Origin: Intoshia linei
Lineage: Eukaryota > Animalia > Orthonectida
Length of the DNA: 49,523 nt
Assembly (NCBI GenBank): GCA_001642005.1
Contig: LWCA01000129.1
Location: 1 to 49,523 of the forward strand
Direction of reading: 5' to 3'
The notes under the pieces were generated by a model. It saw nothing but the letters and a program-made list of their open reading frames with translations, was not told the origin of the DNA and searched no databases. The position numbers were made by a program, and so were the translations under genes. How positions within the stretch are numbered: the first letter of the stretch is position 1; each line of letters opens with the position of its first letter. Positions 48,724-49,523 of the stretch are shown piece by piece.

Positions 48724-49523
48724 TTATAATAAACTTTGAATTAAAGCGTCTCGTACGTCCCATAAGTATTTCGTCATTTTCCTTTTATCGATTGTAGGAT
48801 TGACGTTATCAAACCAATCTAATGGCAATCTCTGCGGAATGTCAATATCCTGGTTTTGTTGCGGTGCTTTCAAAGTTGAATATCCGCTATTGTTGGTAAT
48901 GATTTTATCAATGTATCTAGTATAATTGTCAGAATGGAATATTTTATCTTGTTTTTTAGGCGGTGGAACAAACATGACATCTAAATAATTTTATATTAAA
49001 AAAAACATTAAGCATTACTTTCGTTTAAAAACAAGTTTTGCGTCGGTTTTTGCAACAATATCTTTGCATTTCCTAAATCTAATTGAAGAAATAAATAAAA
49101 AATGTACCTGGGTTAGCATTTTGATTGCTGTACGTTATATGCACTCTACCTGGTGGATACCTATTATAGTTGTTTTTAAACGATCCACCTTCACTATTGA
49201 GAATATTGTTAATCTGAGAATATGAATTATTTATCTGAGATGGGATTGTTGGTTGCTGATTGTACATGAAATTTCCAACAGAACTGTACATTAAATTATC
49301 TGATGATGCGTTGTGATAATTAAGTTGATTGAATTGAGAATTTGGCAACATCTGGTTTTGATACATTTGCCCCATCTGATTTTGATTAACGGTTTGATTT
49401 AAATTATTGCTAGATTGGAACTGAATTTCCATGTTTTTTTCATAAACGTAATTTTTTGCTTTTAATTCGTATGCTGCTTTTTTTTCACGGTCAAGGGTTC
49501 TCCATGCCTGTCCAATAAACTTA
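48724..49523 (-). CDS. PBRM1: Polybromo-1 / BAF180 C-terminus (5'-partial), spliced
   Basis: The window edge reads KFIGQAWRTLDREKKAAYELKA (HMG box), followed by a Q/N-rich linker, a small exon ~49072-49019, and a last exon MFVPPPKKQDKIFHSDNYTRYI...RLPLDW...LWDVRDAL, the conserved polybromo tail. Confidence 0.9.

Noticed and set aside
1-49523. tRNA, rRNA, snRNA, CRISPR, or an alternative genetic code
   Set aside because: None recognised by eye. All conserved genes translate and terminate normally with the standard code. A tRNAscan-SE/Infernal run would be needed to exclude small RNAs.

Overview
AT-rich eukaryotic (animal-type) genomic DNA with a compact gene architecture: most introns are 31-40 nt GT-AG, and convergent genes lie only 15-75 bp apart. 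This is reminiscent of a reduced parasite genome such as an orthonectid, but that is inference only. Reading splice sites by hand gives 12 protein-coding genes: UBE4B/Ufd2 (3' part), OST4 (34-aa microprotein, absent from the ORF track), CSE1L/exportin-2, cyclin D, RCAN/calcipressin (absent from the ORF track), the C-terminal half of a PPM1G-type PP2C, MRPL46, XPO1/CRM1, RALGAPB, an EF-hand/WD40 WDR49/EFCAB8-like gene, cytosolic IleRS and the 3' end of polybromo (PBRM1). Two gene-free tracts of about 7 kb flank cyclin D. These tracts and the few long introns carry Tc1/Tc3-like elements, Buster-type hAT deletion derivatives, MITEs with 8-bp TSDs, and probable retroelement relics. Single-N gaps occur at 117 and 25269. 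I found no clearly novel multi-gene system. The best leads are (1) an IleRS with substitutions in the HIGH motif (HYGN), the CP1 editing site and the anticodon helix, (2) an in-frame internally deleted Tc3-like element that keeps an open DNA-binding ORF, (3) the headless PPM1G with a hairpin over its first splice acceptor, and (4) extreme tail-to-tail gene packing.
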